64,000 bases of DNA. Origin: Alphaproteobacteria bacterium. GTDB lineage: Bacteria > Pseudomonadota > Alphaproteobacteria > CALKHQ01. Location of the stretch: positions 960,001-1,024,000 of the forward strand of contig CBDDFZ010000001.1 in the NCBI GenBank assembly GCA_965227515.1, read 5' to 3'. The notes below the pieces were generated by a model. It was not told the DNA's origin. It saw nothing but the letters and a program-made list of their open reading frames with translations, and ran no database searches. This document shows positions 9,791-19,792 of the stretch, one piece after another (within the stretch, counting starts at the first letter, position 1; every line of letters begins with the position of its first letter). The position numbers and the translations under genes are program-made.

Positions 9791-10276
9791 ATGACGAAAC
9801 TGAAGGTTTTGGTCGCGTCCGTTGCGATGGCATCGACGGTGGCAGCGTGCAGCAGCGGCAGCAGCGGCAGCAGCGGACCTCCGGGCGCGGTCGTCGGCGC
9901 AGGCGCCGGCGCGATCGCGGGCGGCGCCATCGGCTCACAGTTCGGCAGCGGCAGCGGCAACATCGCCGCGATCGCCGGCGGCGCGTTGCTCGGCGCCGTG
10001 CTCGGCGGCGCCCTCGGTGCGGCGGTTGAGGCGAATGACGAGGCCGAGGCCAGTGCGGCGGCGCAAACGGCGCTCGCGAACGGCGACGGCCAGCCGGTGC
10101 AGTGGAACAACCCGCAGACCGGCAACTACGGCTCGTTCACTGCGACGCCGGCCCCCTCCTATGGCGCGGGCTGCCAGAAGGCGGAGAGCATCGTCTACGT
10201 CAATGGCCAGCAGCAGGTGAACGAAACCTACGTCAGGTACAATGCACAGACCCAGCGCTACGAGCCCTGTGCCTGA
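9791..10276 (+). CDS. RT0821/Lpp0805-family (17 kDa antigen-like) glycine-zipper lipoprotein, paralog 1
   Basis: Lipobox VAAC; glycine zipper GSQFGSGSG; QTAL..G..VQWNNPQTGNYG. Confidence 0.85.
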   Translation: MTKLKVLVASVAMASTVAACSSGSSGSSGPPGAVVGAGAGAIAGGAIGSQFGSGSGNIAAIAGGALLGAVLGGALGAAVEANDEAEASAAAQTALANGDGQPVQWNNPQTGNYGSFTATPAPSYGAGCQKAESIVYVNGQQQVNETYVRYNAQTQRYEPCA

Positions 10277-10310
10277 CGCCATTCGTCACCAAGCCAGTAT
10301 ATGACGGCTT

Positions 10311-10347
10311 GAGCGCCGGTCACGCAGCCCGTGGCCGGCGCTTTTCA
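10311..10347 (+). terminator. Intrinsic terminator
   Basis: AGCGCCGGTCACG...CGTGGCCGGCGCT hairpin followed by TTTC. Confidence 0.7.
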
Positions 10348-10509
10348 TTTGGGCTATGCGGCATCGCCGCACACGGGTCACTGGCAAGGCACACGCGCGG
10401 CACCGCTTCATATTTCGGCCATAAAGCAATGGGATATGGGATTGCATCATCGCTAGTGTGCTGTCAGTCTCCGACCATCCTCAAAAACAAACGCAACGAG
10501 GCCACGAAC

Positions 10510-10971
10510 ATGAAGGGTATCAAGATCATCGCAGCGACCGTCGCGATTGCCGCGACGACCGCGGCTTGCCAGGGTCCGTCGAACACGCAAATCGGCGCCG
10601 GCGCGGGCGCGCTGGCCGGTGGCCTGCTCGGCTCGCAGTTCGGCAGCGGCACCGGCCAGATCGCAGCGACGCTGGGCGGCGCGCTTCTGGGCGGCCTGTT
10701 CGGCGGCGCGGTCGGCTCGTACATGGACGAGCAGGACCAGCAGCAGGCCAGCCAGGCGACCTACTCCGCGTTGGCGCAGCCGACCGGCCAGCCGGTGAGT
10801 TGGAGCAACCCGCAGACCGGCAACTACGGTCAGGTGACGGCGACCCCGGCACCGCAGTATGGCGCGAACTGCCAGAAGGCAGAGAGCATCATGTATGTCG
10901 ACGGCCGCCAGGAAGTGGTCGAGATGTACGTGTATTACAATCCGCAGACCCAGCGCTACGAAGAGTGCTGA
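10510..10971 (+). CDS. RT0821/Lpp0805-family glycine-zipper lipoprotein, paralog 2
   Basis: Start MKGIKII; lipobox TAAC; GSQFGSGTG; WSNPQTGNYG; clearly alignable with paralog 1. Confidence 0.88.
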   Translation: MKGIKIIAATVAIAATTAACQGPSNTQIGAGAGALAGGLLGSQFGSGTGQIAATLGGALLGGLFGGAVGSYMDEQDQQQASQATYSALAQPTGQPVSWSNPQTGNYGQVTATPAPQYGANCQKAESIMYVDGRQEVVEMYVYYNPQTQRYEEC

Positions 10972-11266
10972 TCGGCGGTTGACCTGGGACTGGGCCGGTC
11001 CGGAGGGCGGTCGGACTGCACGCGATGCAGTGGCCCGCGGTTGATGGATGGGCATGCGACCGGCCAGTCGTTGCATAGCGCGCTGAATTCCAGGCGCGGG
11101 AAATGACGTGACGGCGCTTCTCGGTTTCCAAATGCGGCGCGCCGCAGAGGAAGACTGGGGAGCGCCGTTCGCGTATGCGCGGCAGTAAGCTGCGGTCGAT
11201 AGCAGGGCGGTCGATGCGCCGTTTCGAGAAATGTGCCGGCAAAGACGGCGTCTAGGAGGGAATGCA

Positions 11267-11848
11267 ATGTTCGAAGGGTTCCGGATAAAGCTTGCCGCCG
11301 TGAGTCTCGGCGCCTTGGTCGTGGGTGGCGTTGCCGGCTGTGCGGCGCCGCCGCCTGACGAACTGGGCGAGGAAGGCTCGGGCGGCATCGCCCAGGGCGC
11401 GGCCGGTGGTGGCGGTGGCGGTTCGGCCGCCGACGTGCTGGCGGACGCTGGACCCGACGGCACGTCAACTCCGGTCGATCCCGATGCCGATGCGACCGCG
11501 GACGCCGATGCCAATGGCGACCAGCAGGTCGCCAGTGCCGGCAACCTGACGGGCAGCGTGCTCGATTCAGGCCGCGGCGCGGAATTCGGCAGCGCGCTGT
11601 CGGCGGAGGACATCGGCTACTTCCAGCAGGCAGAGATATCGGCGCGGACCGCGTTCGTCAGCGACACCATCACCTGGCGGAACCCCAGCAATGGGCACGC
11701 CGGCACCATCACCGTGCTCGGTGAGCGGCAGGTCAGCGGCCAGAGCTGTCGCGACCTGTTGATGACCGCAACCGTGGATGGCCGCCAGAACACCGAGACG
11801 GCGACCATCTGCCGTGTCGCCGCCGGCCAGTGGACCGTGCCGGCCTAA
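11267..11848 (+). CDS. RT0821/Lpp0805-family lipoprotein, paralog 3 (disordered linker in place of the zipper)
   Basis: AGGAGG RBS; lipobox VAGC; TWRNPSNGHAG, SCRD and TICR..GQW. Confidence 0.8.
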   Translation: MFEGFRIKLAAVSLGALVVGGVAGCAAPPPDELGEEGSGGIAQGAAGGGGGGSAADVLADAGPDGTSTPVDPDADATADADANGDQQVASAGNLTGSVLDSGRGAEFGSALSAEDIGYFQQAEISARTAFVSDTITWRNPSNGHAGTITVLGERQVSGQSCRDLLMTATVDGRQNTETATICRVAAGQWTVPA

Positions 11849-11885
11849 GCGGCGTCGTCACAAGATTGTCCTCTACTGTTGCCTC

Positions 11886-12070
11886 GTCGCCCTCGCCCTT
11901 GTGGCGAGGGCCCATTTCTGGGGCCGTACGCGACAGTGGCTGGAAGAGTGAGCAGACTGGCCAACCTCACCCGCCCGCCCACCATTTCAGGCGTCGATTC
12001 ACCTCGAACTATTGAGATTTTGGACAAGAATGGGTCCTCGCCACGCCGCTTCGCGTCGGGCAAGGACGAC
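11886..12070. repeat. Inverted pair of REP-like palindromes (GTCxxCCTCG..CTTG..CGAGG..CCAT family)
   Basis: GTCGCCCTCGCCCTTGTGGCGAGGGCCCAT at 11886-11915 and an inverted copy with an enlarged loop at 12030-12070; same family as 39300-39475. Confidence 0.75.
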
Positions 12071-12087
12071 GAACATGGAGGCAGCTA

Positions 12088-13023
12088 CTAAGCCTGCCCT
12101 TCCAGCCCCATCAGGCCACGGGCGAAATCGTCGGCGGTGAAGGGACGCAGGTCCTCCGCCGTTTCGCCGACGCCGACTGCGTGCACCGGCAGGCCAAAGC
12201 GGTCGGCCAGCCCCACCACAACGCCGCCCTTGGCGGTGCCGTCCAGCTTGGTCATCACCAGGCCGGTGATCGACACCATCTGCTGGAAGATCTCCACCTG
12301 CTGGTGCGCGTTCTGGCCGACGGTGGCATCGAGCACCAGCACGGTGTCGTGCGGCGCTGACGGGTCCTGCTTGCCGATCACCCGCACCACCTTGGCCAGC
12401 TCGTCCATCAGGTTCTGCTTGTTGTGCAGGCGGCCGGCGGTGTCGACCAGCAGCACGTCGCTGCCGGCCTCGCGCGCCTGGGTCAGGGCATCGAAGACCA
12501 GGCCGGCGGCATCGGCGCCGGTGGCGCGGGAGACGACGGGCGCGCCGACCCGCTCACCCCACACCTGAAGCTGCTCCACCGCCGCGGCGCGGAAAGTGTC
12601 GCCGGCGGCCAGCATCACCGACAGCCCCTGATCGCGGAACTGGCGGGCGAGCTTGCCGATGGTGGTGGTCTTGCCGCTGCCGTTGACGCCGACGATCAGC
12701 ACCACGTGGGGCCGGTGGCCGCGATCGATGGCCAAGGGCTGCGCCACCGGGGCCAGGATCGCGGCGGCCTCGTCGGCCAGCGACTGGCGGATCTCCTCCG
12801 GCGGCACTTCCTTGCCGAACTTGGTCTCGGCGAGCTTGGCGGTCAGCTTCATCGCCGTTGCCGGCCCCAGGTCGGCGGTGATCAGCAGCTCCTCCAGCTC
12901 CTGGAGGGTGTCGTCATCCAGCTTGCGCTTGGTGAAGATGGCGCTGACGCCATCGCTCAGCCGCGACGATGTGCGGCTGAGGCCTGCCTTCAGCCGTGAG
13001 AACCAGCCTTTCTTTTCACTCAT
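12088..13023 (-). CDS. ftsY: Signal recognition particle receptor FtsY
   Basis: GVNGSGKTTTIGKLA, DTFRAAA, DTAGR and TKLDGTAKGG; start MSEKKGWF overlaps the mtaB stop. Confidence 0.97.
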   Translation of the reverse strand: MSEKKGWFSRLKAGLSRTSSRLSDGVSAIFTKRKLDDDTLQELEELLITADLGPATAMKLTAKLAETKFGKEVPPEEIRQSLADEAAAILAPVAQPLAIDRGHRPHVVLIVGVNGSGKTTTIGKLARQFRDQGLSVMLAAGDTFRAAAVEQLQVWGERVGAPVVSRATGADAAGLVFDALTQAREAGSDVLLVDTAGRLHNKQNLMDELAKVVRVIGKQDPSAPHDTVLVLDATVGQNAHQQVEIFQQMVSITGLVMTKLDGTAKGGVVVGLADRFGLPVHAVGVGETAEDLRPFTADDFARGLMGLEGQA

Positions 13024-14297
13024 GCTGCTACCGGCATCGATGCGGCGCGCAGCCGGTCGCCCAGGCTTTCCGAGACGTGGACGTTGGCGATGCTGCCGAC
13101 GGCCAAATCGGCTGGCATGTCGACCGGCGCATAGTGCTCGGTGCGGCCGATGCCCGGCTGCTCGACCAACACCGGCAACGACCGCCCGACCATCGCAGCG
13201 CAATGCCGCGCCACGGCAGCGGCGCCGGCCTCGCGCAGGCGGGCGGCGCGTTCCTTGCGACGTGCGGCCGGTACCTGCGGCATACGTGCCGCCGGGGTGC
13301 CGCTGCGCGCGGAGTACGGGAACACGTGCAGCCAGGTGAGGCCGCTGTCTGCGACCAATGCCAGTGTGTTAGCGAACATCGCCTCGGTCTCGGTTGGGAA
13401 ACCGGCGATCAGGTCGGCGCCGAAGGTGACGTCCGGTCGCAGCGCGCGGGCGCGGGCGGTGAGCGCCACCATGTCGGCGCGGTCGTGGCGCCGCTTCATC
13501 CGCTTCAGCACCATATCGTCGCCGGCTTGCGCGCTGAGATGCAGGTGCGGCATCAACCGCGGCTCCTCGGCAATGGCGCGCCACAGATCGTCGTCGAAGG
13601 CCGCCGGGTCCAGCGACGACAGCCTGAGCCGGGGCAGGTCGGGCACCAGCCGCAGCAGCCGGCGCACGAGCTGGCCGAGACGCGGCGCGCCCGGCAGGTC
13701 GGCGCCGTAGCTGGCGATATCGACCCCGGTCAGCACCACTTCGCGATAGCCGTTCTCGACCAGCCTTTGCACCTGCTCCACGACGGCGCCGACCGGCACC
13801 GAGCGGTTGTTGCCGCGCCCATAGGGGATGATGCAGAAGGTGCAGCGGTGGTCGCAGCCGTTCTGTACCTGGACATAGGCGCGGGTGCGGCCGTCGAACC
13901 CGTCGACCAGATGATGCGCGGTCTCGCGCACGGTCATGATATCCTCGACGACGATCTCGGACCCGGACCGGATGCTGGCCCACGTCTCCGGCACCAGCTT
14001 CTGCCGGTTGCCGACGACACGGTCGACCTCCGGCATCGCGGCATAGCTGTCCGGCGCGATCTGCGCGGCGCAGCCGGTCACCACGATGCGCGCGGCGGGA
14101 CGGTCGCGCCGGGCGCGGCGGATCGCCTGGCGCGCTTGCCGCTCGGCCTCCGCCGTGACTGCGCAGGTGTTGACGATGATCAGGTCGTCGCCACCACCGG
14201 CCTCGGTGGCATGGCGGCGCATCACCTCGGACTCATAGGCGTTCAGGCGGCAGCCGAAGGTCAGCACCTCCGGCGCATTGTCGCGACTGCTACTCAT
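13020..14297 (-). CDS. mtaB: tRNA (t6A37) methylthiotransferase MtaB
   Basis: TFGCRLNAYESE, NTCAVT and radical SAM motif CDHRCTFC; dapF-mtaB-ftsY synteny. Confidence 0.93.
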   Translation of the reverse strand: MSSSRDNAPEVLTFGCRLNAYESEVMRRHATEAGGGDDLIIVNTCAVTAEAERQARQAIRRARRDRPAARIVVTGCAAQIAPDSYAAMPEVDRVVGNRQKLVPETWASIRSGSEIVVEDIMTVRETAHHLVDGFDGRTRAYVQVQNGCDHRCTFCIIPYGRGNNRSVPVGAVVEQVQRLVENGYREVVLTGVDIASYGADLPGAPRLGQLVRRLLRLVPDLPRLRLSSLDPAAFDDDLWRAIAEEPRLMPHLHLSAQAGDDMVLKRMKRRHDRADMVALTARARALRPDVTFGADLIAGFPTETEAMFANTLALVADSGLTWLHVFPYSARSGTPAARMPQVPAARRKERAARLREAGAAAVARHCAAMVGRSLPVLVEQPGIGRTEHYAPVDMPADLAVGSIANVHVSESLGDRLRAASMPVAA

Positions 14298-15124
14298 GCG
14301 AACGACCATTCGCCGGAGAAAGCGTGAGCAACCGGGCCGGTCAGCGTGACATGGCCGTTGTCCAGCCATTCGATCTCCAGGTCGCCGCCATCCAGGGTGA
14401 CGGTCCCACGGCGGCCGGTCAGGCCGCGCCGGTGGGCGGCGACCAGGCTGGCGCAGGCCCCGGTGCCGCACGCGCGGGTCACGCCGACCCCACGCTCCCA
14501 CACCCGCATGCGCAAGCGGTCGGCGCCGGTCCGCGAGATCACCTCGACATTGGTGTGCTCGGGAAACATCGGATGCAGCTCGATCTCCGGGCCCAGCACG
14601 TCGATGGGCACCGCCTCGGCATCCTCGACCACGAACACGCAGTGCGGGTTGCCGATGGAGACCGCGACCGGGTCGTTCAGCCGGCCGGCGACGACATCGG
14701 GCACATGCAGGGTATCGGCCTGGCGCGCCAGCGGCACCTGTTGCCAGTCCAGCCCGACGGCGCCCATGTCGACGGTGACGCGATGGTCGCCCACAACGTC
14801 GGCCAGCAGTAGGCCGGCATTGGTCTCGATCCTGAGCCCTTGCGCGCCGGCGCCGGTCTCCGCCAGCCACCAGGCTATGCAGCGGGTGCCGTTGCCGCAG
14901 GCCGAGACCTCCTGCCCGTCGGCATTGCGGATGCGCATGAACGCGGTGGTGTCGGGCCGTTGCGGCGGCTCTATGGTGATCAGCTGGTCGCAGCCGATGC
15001 CGGTGCGCCGGTCGGCGATGGCGCGCGCCATCGCGGCGTCGATCGACACCGGGTGCGCGCGCGCATCGAAAACGACGAAGTCGTTCCCCAGGCCGTGCAT
15101 CTTCTGAAAGGGCGTACCAGTCAT
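14294..15124 (-). CDS. dapF: Diaminopimelate epimerase
   Basis: KMHGLGNDF, ACGNGTRC, GNPHCV and VWERGVGVTRACGTGAC. Confidence 0.97.
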   Translation of the reverse strand: MTGTPFQKMHGLGNDFVVFDARAHPVSIDAAMARAIADRRTGIGCDQLITIEPPQRPDTTAFMRIRNADGQEVSACGNGTRCIAWWLAETGAGAQGLRIETNAGLLLADVVGDHRVTVDMGAVGLDWQQVPLARQADTLHVPDVVAGRLNDPVAVSIGNPHCVFVVEDAEAVPIDVLGPEIELHPMFPEHTNVEVISRTGADRLRMRVWERGVGVTRACGTGACASLVAAHRRGLTGRRGTVTLDGGDLEIEWLDNGHVTLTGPVAHAFSGEWSFA

Positions 15125-15289
15125 GACGGCCCCTTATATTGGCCCGTTCGCGGCGATGTCCACATCGCCCATGCGCGCAGTGGGCGCGCACAAGCCAGCC
15201 ATGCGTCAAACATTGATGCTCCCCGGCTCAGATGCGCTAAAACCCTCGCCACGTTTCGCACACCCGATACGGTCGAAAGGATAAACACA

Positions 15290-16786
15290 ATGGCACGACC
15301 GCGGATTGGCAGAATTCCCGCACGCGACCTGCTGCCGTTCACCGACGCCCGCGCCGCGGTGGACCGCATCCGCGAGATTTACGACGGCAGCATGCGCACC
15401 ATCCGCGACCGGTTCGCCCAGTTCGCCGCCGGCGACGATGTCGGCGGCCCGGTGCACGCGCACTACCCCTATGTGCTGATCCACGTCGATGCCGAGCCGC
15501 ATTCGCTGGACACCCGCATGGCCTATGGCTTCGCGCGCGGGCGCGGCAATTTCGGTACCTCGCTGACCAGGCCCGACCTGTTCGGCGACTACTACGTCGA
15601 GCAGATCGAGAACCTGCTCAGCCACCACGGCCCGCCGGTGCATGTCGGGGTGTCCGAGCGTCCGATCCCGCTGCATTTCACCTTCGACCTGTCGCTGGGC
15701 GAGGGCACCGACACCCTGACGCCGGAGCGCCTGCAGCGGATCAAGGACTTTTTCGACGTCCCCGACCTGACCCAGCTCAACGACGACATCGCCAATGGCG
15801 ACTTCCTGCCGCCGGTGGAAGAGCCGTGGCCGCTGGCGCTGTTCGAGGCCGAGCGGGTGGACCTGTCGCTGCAACGGCTGCGCCACTACACCGGCACCGA
15901 CCCGCAGCACTTCCAGCGCTTCGTGCTGTTCACCAACTACCAGTTCTACATCGACGAGTTCATCGGCATGAGCCATGCCCTGATGGCGAAGCCCATCGAG
16001 GGCGACCCGGCGGACGCCTATACCGAGTTCGTCGAGCCGGGCGAGGTCATCACCGTGCGCGGCAGCGGCCTGGATGGGCCGAAGCCGACCCGGCTGCCGC
16101 AGATGCCGGCCTATCATCTGAAGCGCGCGGACGGCGACGGCATCACCATGGTCAACATCGGCGTCGGGCCGTCGAACGCCAAGACCATCACCGACCACAT
16201 CGCGGTGCTGCGCCCGCACTGCTGGATGATGCTGGGCCACTGCGCCGGCCTGCGCTCCAGCCAGCGCCTGGGCGACTATGTGCTGGCCCACGGCTATCTG
16301 CGCGACGACAAGATCCTGGACGAGGAGTTGCCGGCCTGGGTGCCGGTGCCGCCGATCGCCGAGGTGCAGGTGGCGCTGCAGGACGCGGTGGCGGAGATCA
16401 CCGGCGCCTCGGGCTACGACGTCAAGCAGGTCATGCGCACCGGCACCGTTGCCAGTATCGACAACCGGAACTGGGAACTGCAGAACGCCAACAGCGCGCT
16501 GGGGCGGTTCCAGAAGTCGCGCGCCATCGCCGTCGACATGGAATCGGCCACCATCGCCGCCAATGGACTTCGCTTCCGCGTGCCCTACGGTACGCTGTTG
16601 TGCGTGTCGGACCGGCCGATCCACGGCGAGCTGAAGCTGCCCGGCATGGCCGACAGCTTCTACCGCAACCGGGTCAGCCAGCACCTGCGCATCGGCCTGA
16701 AGGCCATCGACATGCTGCGCACGCGCGGTGCGTCCAGGCTGCATTCGCGCAAGCTGCGCACCTTCGACGAACCGGCGTTCAGATAG
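15290..16786 (+). CDS. amn: AMP nucleosidase
   Basis: FQRFVLFTNYQFY, PQMPAYH, NIGVGPSNAKTITDH and DMESATIA. Confidence 0.96.
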   Translation: MARPRIGRIPARDLLPFTDARAAVDRIREIYDGSMRTIRDRFAQFAAGDDVGGPVHAHYPYVLIHVDAEPHSLDTRMAYGFARGRGNFGTSLTRPDLFGDYYVEQIENLLSHHGPPVHVGVSERPIPLHFTFDLSLGEGTDTLTPERLQRIKDFFDVPDLTQLNDDIANGDFLPPVEEPWPLALFEAERVDLSLQRLRHYTGTDPQHFQRFVLFTNYQFYIDEFIGMSHALMAKPIEGDPADAYTEFVEPGEVITVRGSGLDGPKPTRLPQMPAYHLKRADGDGITMVNIGVGPSNAKTITDHIAVLRPHCWMMLGHCAGLRSSQRLGDYVLAHGYLRDDKILDEELPAWVPVPPIAEVQVALQDAVAEITGASGYDVKQVMRTGTVASIDNRNWELQNANSALGRFQKSRAIAVDMESATIAANGLRFRVPYGTLLCVSDRPIHGELKLPGMADSFYRNRVSQHLRIGLKAIDMLRTRGASRLHSRKLRTFDEPAFR

Positions 16787-16844
16787 AACCCAGGCAAGGC
16801 AACCGGCATCTTGCGGCCGGTCCAGACTCAGCAACGGGGGAAAC

Positions 16845-17348
16845 ATGGCCCTGGACATCGACCACTACCGGACGTTCGCGCGCTACAACGCGTGGGCGAA
16901 TTCGCGTCTCTATGACGCGTGCGCGGACCTGAGCGCGGAGGAATACCACGCCGACCGGCCGGTGTTCTTCCGCTCCATCCACGGCACGCTGAACCACATC
17001 ATGGTCGGCGACCGGATGTGGGTGGCGCGGCTGGACGGCGGCATGGCCGACATCAAGACGCTTGATACGATCCTCTACGCCGACCTGGCGGCCCTGCGCG
17101 CGGCGCGCGAGGCCGATGACGCCGACCTGATCGTGCGCACCGACCGGATGACGAACGACGACCTGGCCACCATTCTCAGCTACAAGACAGCGACCATGGG
17201 CGACCAGACATCGCCGGTGCACGAGATGCTGACCCATCTGTTCAACCACCAGACCCACCATCGCGGCCAGGTCCACGGCTGCCTCAGCCAAACGGCGGTG
17301 GCGCCACCGCAACTGGACCTGATGTACTATCTGAGGGACGTCAATTGA
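16845..17348 (+). CDS. DinB family protein
   Basis: YNAWAN, SIHGTLNH and HLFNHQTHHRGQ. Confidence 0.93.
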   Translation: MALDIDHYRTFARYNAWANSRLYDACADLSAEEYHADRPVFFRSIHGTLNHIMVGDRMWVARLDGGMADIKTLDTILYADLAALRAAREADDADLIVRTDRMTNDDLATILSYKTATMGDQTSPVHEMLTHLFNHQTHHRGQVHGCLSQTAVAPPQLDLMYYLRDVN

Positions 17349-17842
17349 GCGCTCAACCCCCCTTTGGCCAGCCCCCCTTTGGCCAGCCCCCGTTTGGTCA
17401 ACCTCCGTTTCGGGGCCAGTGCCTGTGCGGCGCGGTCCGCTACACCGCCACCGCGCCCAGCCTGTGGGCCGCGCACTGCCACTGCGGCTACTGCCGCAAG
17501 GCGCAGTCGGCCGCGTTCGCCACCTGGGTCGGCTTCCAGGCCGACACGGTGGAGATCGAGGGCGCGGAGCATTTGAGCTGGTACGGGCCGACCGAGTACG
17601 CCGAGCGCGCGTTCTGCACCAAGTGCGGCACCACGATCTTCTACCGCTCCGAAACAGGCGCGCCGGGCGAGTTGCACATCACCCTGATGTCGTTCGACGA
17701 CCCGATCGACCGCGCACCGCAGGCGCATGCGTTCTACGACCACCGCGTGCCGTGGCTGGAGGGGATCGACGACCTGAAGAAGCGCACGTCCGACAGCGCG
17801 ATGCTGGCGCCCTACACCGCGATCCCGAAGCTGGACGAGTAG
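17345..17842 (+). CDS. GFA (CENP-V) family protein with N-terminal QPPFG repeats
   Basis: GQCLCGAV, CHCGYCRK and RAFCTKCG; TTG start overlaps the upstream TGA. Confidence 0.9.
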   Translation: MSAQPPFGQPPFGQPPFGQPPFRGQCLCGAVRYTATAPSLWAAHCHCGYCRKAQSAAFATWVGFQADTVEIEGAEHLSWYGPTEYAERAFCTKCGTTIFYRSETGAPGELHITLMSFDDPIDRAPQAHAFYDHRVPWLEGIDDLKKRTSDSAMLAPYTAIPKLDE

Positions 17843-17911
17843 GGGGCTCCAAGCACAAGACCTGCAAGCTTGTGCCCAAGGCATTCGATCATTGGTGGAG
17901 CGTTGCCATTT

Positions 17912-18139
17912 CCCTCTCCCAGCGGTACGCGCGGGAGAGGGAGGGGCCCGCGAACCGCAGGTTCGTGGGAGGGTGAGGGTCAGGGCTGTTGCGTATGCCC
18001 TTCCACAGCATTGAGGACAAGATCGCCGGTCTCTTGCCCACGACAATGGGAGATCGCAACCGACCGCGCCGTGCCCCTCACCTTCCCAGCCTGCGGCTGG
18101 GCCCCTTCCTCTCCCGCACCGCTGCGCGGCGGGGAGAGG
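17912..18139. repeat. Inverted pair of CCCTCTCCC...GGGAGAGG REP-like elements between convergent genes
   Basis: 17912-17979 and 18074-18139 are approximate reverse complements, each with internal hairpins. Confidence 0.8.
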
Positions 18140-18154
18140 AGACAGGAGCGCGCG

Positions 18155-19540
18155 TCAGCCCCGCTTCCAGGTGGTGCCCGCAGGCCCATCCTCCAGCACA
18201 ATGCCGGCCTCGGCGAGGGCGTCGCGGATGCGGTCGGCCTCGGCGAAGTCCTTCGCCTTGCGGGCCTCGGCGCGCGCAAGAATCTGCTCTTCAATCCACA
18301 CTACATCTTCAGATGTCGAGCCTTTGAACCAACGGGCAGGCCCAGCCTCTAAGAACCCCAACAACGCTGCATTTTGCTGGAAAGTCGTTCGCATGCCGGC
18401 GGCAACTGAATCTTTGGAATTCAGTATCTCGGTTGCCTGTCTATCCAAGATGGTTATTGCAAGTGGCGTGTTGAGGTCGTCGCAAAGGGCATCGAGAAAT
18501 GCCATTTCCTCCGCCAAATCCACCTCAATTTCTTTGGGCTCTGGCAGCGATTGCGTCCGCTCTAGGGCACGATACCAACGATCAAGTTTCGCCCGTGCTT
18601 CGGCCACCCCCGCCTTGGTGAAGTCGATCGGCTGGCGGTAGTGGGTGCGTAGCAGGGTGAGCCTGAGCGCCTCGCCAGGGAACTCGTCCAGCAGTTCGCG
18701 CACGGTGTAGAAGTTGCCGAGCGACTTCGACATCTTCTCACCCTCGGCCATCAGGAAGCCGTTGTGCATCCAATAGTGTGCGAACGCCTCGCCCGGGTTG
18801 GCGCAACGGCTCTGCGCCAGCTCGTTCTCATGGTGCGGGAAGGTGAGGTCGATGCCGCCGCCATGGATGTCGAAGGTCGGGCCGAGATAGCGCTCGCTCA
18901 TCGCCGAGCATTCGATGTGCCAGCCCGGGCGGCCCCGGCCCCAGGGGCTGTCCCAGCCCGGCTGGCTGTCGTCCGACGGCTTCCAGAGCACGAAATCGGC
19001 CGGATCGCGCTTGTAAGGGGCCACGTCCACGCGCGCGCCGGCGATCATCTCGTCGCGGTTGCGGCCGGACAGGCGCCCGTAATCGGCCATCGACGGCACG
19101 TTGAACAGCACGTGGCCCTCGGCCTCATAGGCGTTGCCGGCGGCGATCAGCCGCTCGATCATCGCGATCATGTCGCCGACATGGGCGGTGGCGTGCGGGC
19201 GCTGGTCGGGCGGGGCCACGCCGAGCGCGCCCATATCCTCGATGTACTGCCGCTCGGTGCGTTCGGTCAGCGCGTCGATGGTCTCGCCGTTGGCGGCGGC
19301 CCGGTCCATGATCTTGTCGTCGATGTCGGTGACGTTGGACACGTACGTCACGTGGTCGGCGCCGTAGGTATGGCGCAGCAGCCGGATCAGCACGTCGAAC
19401 ACCACCGCCGGGCGCGCGTTGCCGATGTGGGCGTAGTCGTAGACCGTGGGCCCGCAGACATAGACCCGCACGTTGTCATCGTCGATGGCGACGAATTCGC
19501 GCTTGGCGCGGGCGAGCGTGTCGTGGATGTGGATCGGCAT
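18155..19540 (-). CDS. cysS: Cysteine--tRNA ligase
   Basis: [31 protein letters not shown] and KMSKS. Confidence 0.98.
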   Translation of the reverse strand: MPIHIHDTLARAKREFVAIDDDNVRVYVCGPTVYDYAHIGNARPAVVFDVLIRLLRHTYGADHVTYVSNVTDIDDKIMDRAAANGETIDALTERTERQYIEDMGALGVAPPDQRPHATAHVGDMIAMIERLIAAGNAYEAEGHVLFNVPSMADYGRLSGRNRDEMIAGARVDVAPYKRDPADFVLWKPSDDSQPGWDSPWGRGRPGWHIECSAMSERYLGPTFDIHGGGIDLTFPHHENELAQSRCANPGEAFAHYWMHNGFLMAEGEKMSKSLGNFYTVRELLDEFPGEALRLTLLRTHYRQPIDFTKAGVAEARAKLDRWYRALERTQSLPEPKEIEVDLAEEMAFLDALCDDLNTPLAITILDRQATEILNSKDSVAAGMRTTFQQNAALLGFLEAGPARWFKGSTSEDVVWIEEQILARAEARKAKDFAEADRIRDALAEAGIVLEDGPAGTTWKRG

Positions 19541-19792
19541 GGCGCTGACGTTCATCGGGTATGGCGTTCGGGAGCGCCGTCATAGCACGACGCCGCGCGC
19601 GCACAACCCCATGCCGCTTGCCCAGTGCCTGTTCCAGGCGCGCAAAGGCCGCCTGCCTTTCGACACGCGGCCTGCAACTTGAGATCGGACGACCCGATCG
19701 AAACGTCAGGTCAGAAGCCAGCGCGGCAATCCTCCCCACCCACACAGGCGGGATTGAAGAGGGTGCCGGGGGGCGGCTACCGATCTAGTTTG

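Noticed and set aside
10972-11266. SRP RNA (ffs) or 6S RNA near ftsY
   Set aside because: The conserved SRP domain IV motif (CAGG..CGGAAGGAAGCAG) is absent and no 6S-like central bubble is evident; only the 11111-11168 hairpin is reported.
13020-15209. 729-aa ORF suggesting a dapF-mtaB fusion (also the long 5' extensions of glyS, amn, Anbu and ftsY ORFs)
   Set aside because: The extensions are off-frame overlaps with neighbouring genes; true starts are at the family-typical Met.
17980-18073. Possible DUF559 endonuclease remnant between the CCCTCTCCC repeats
   Set aside because: Only about 94 nt with no recognisable catalytic motif; cannot be supported.
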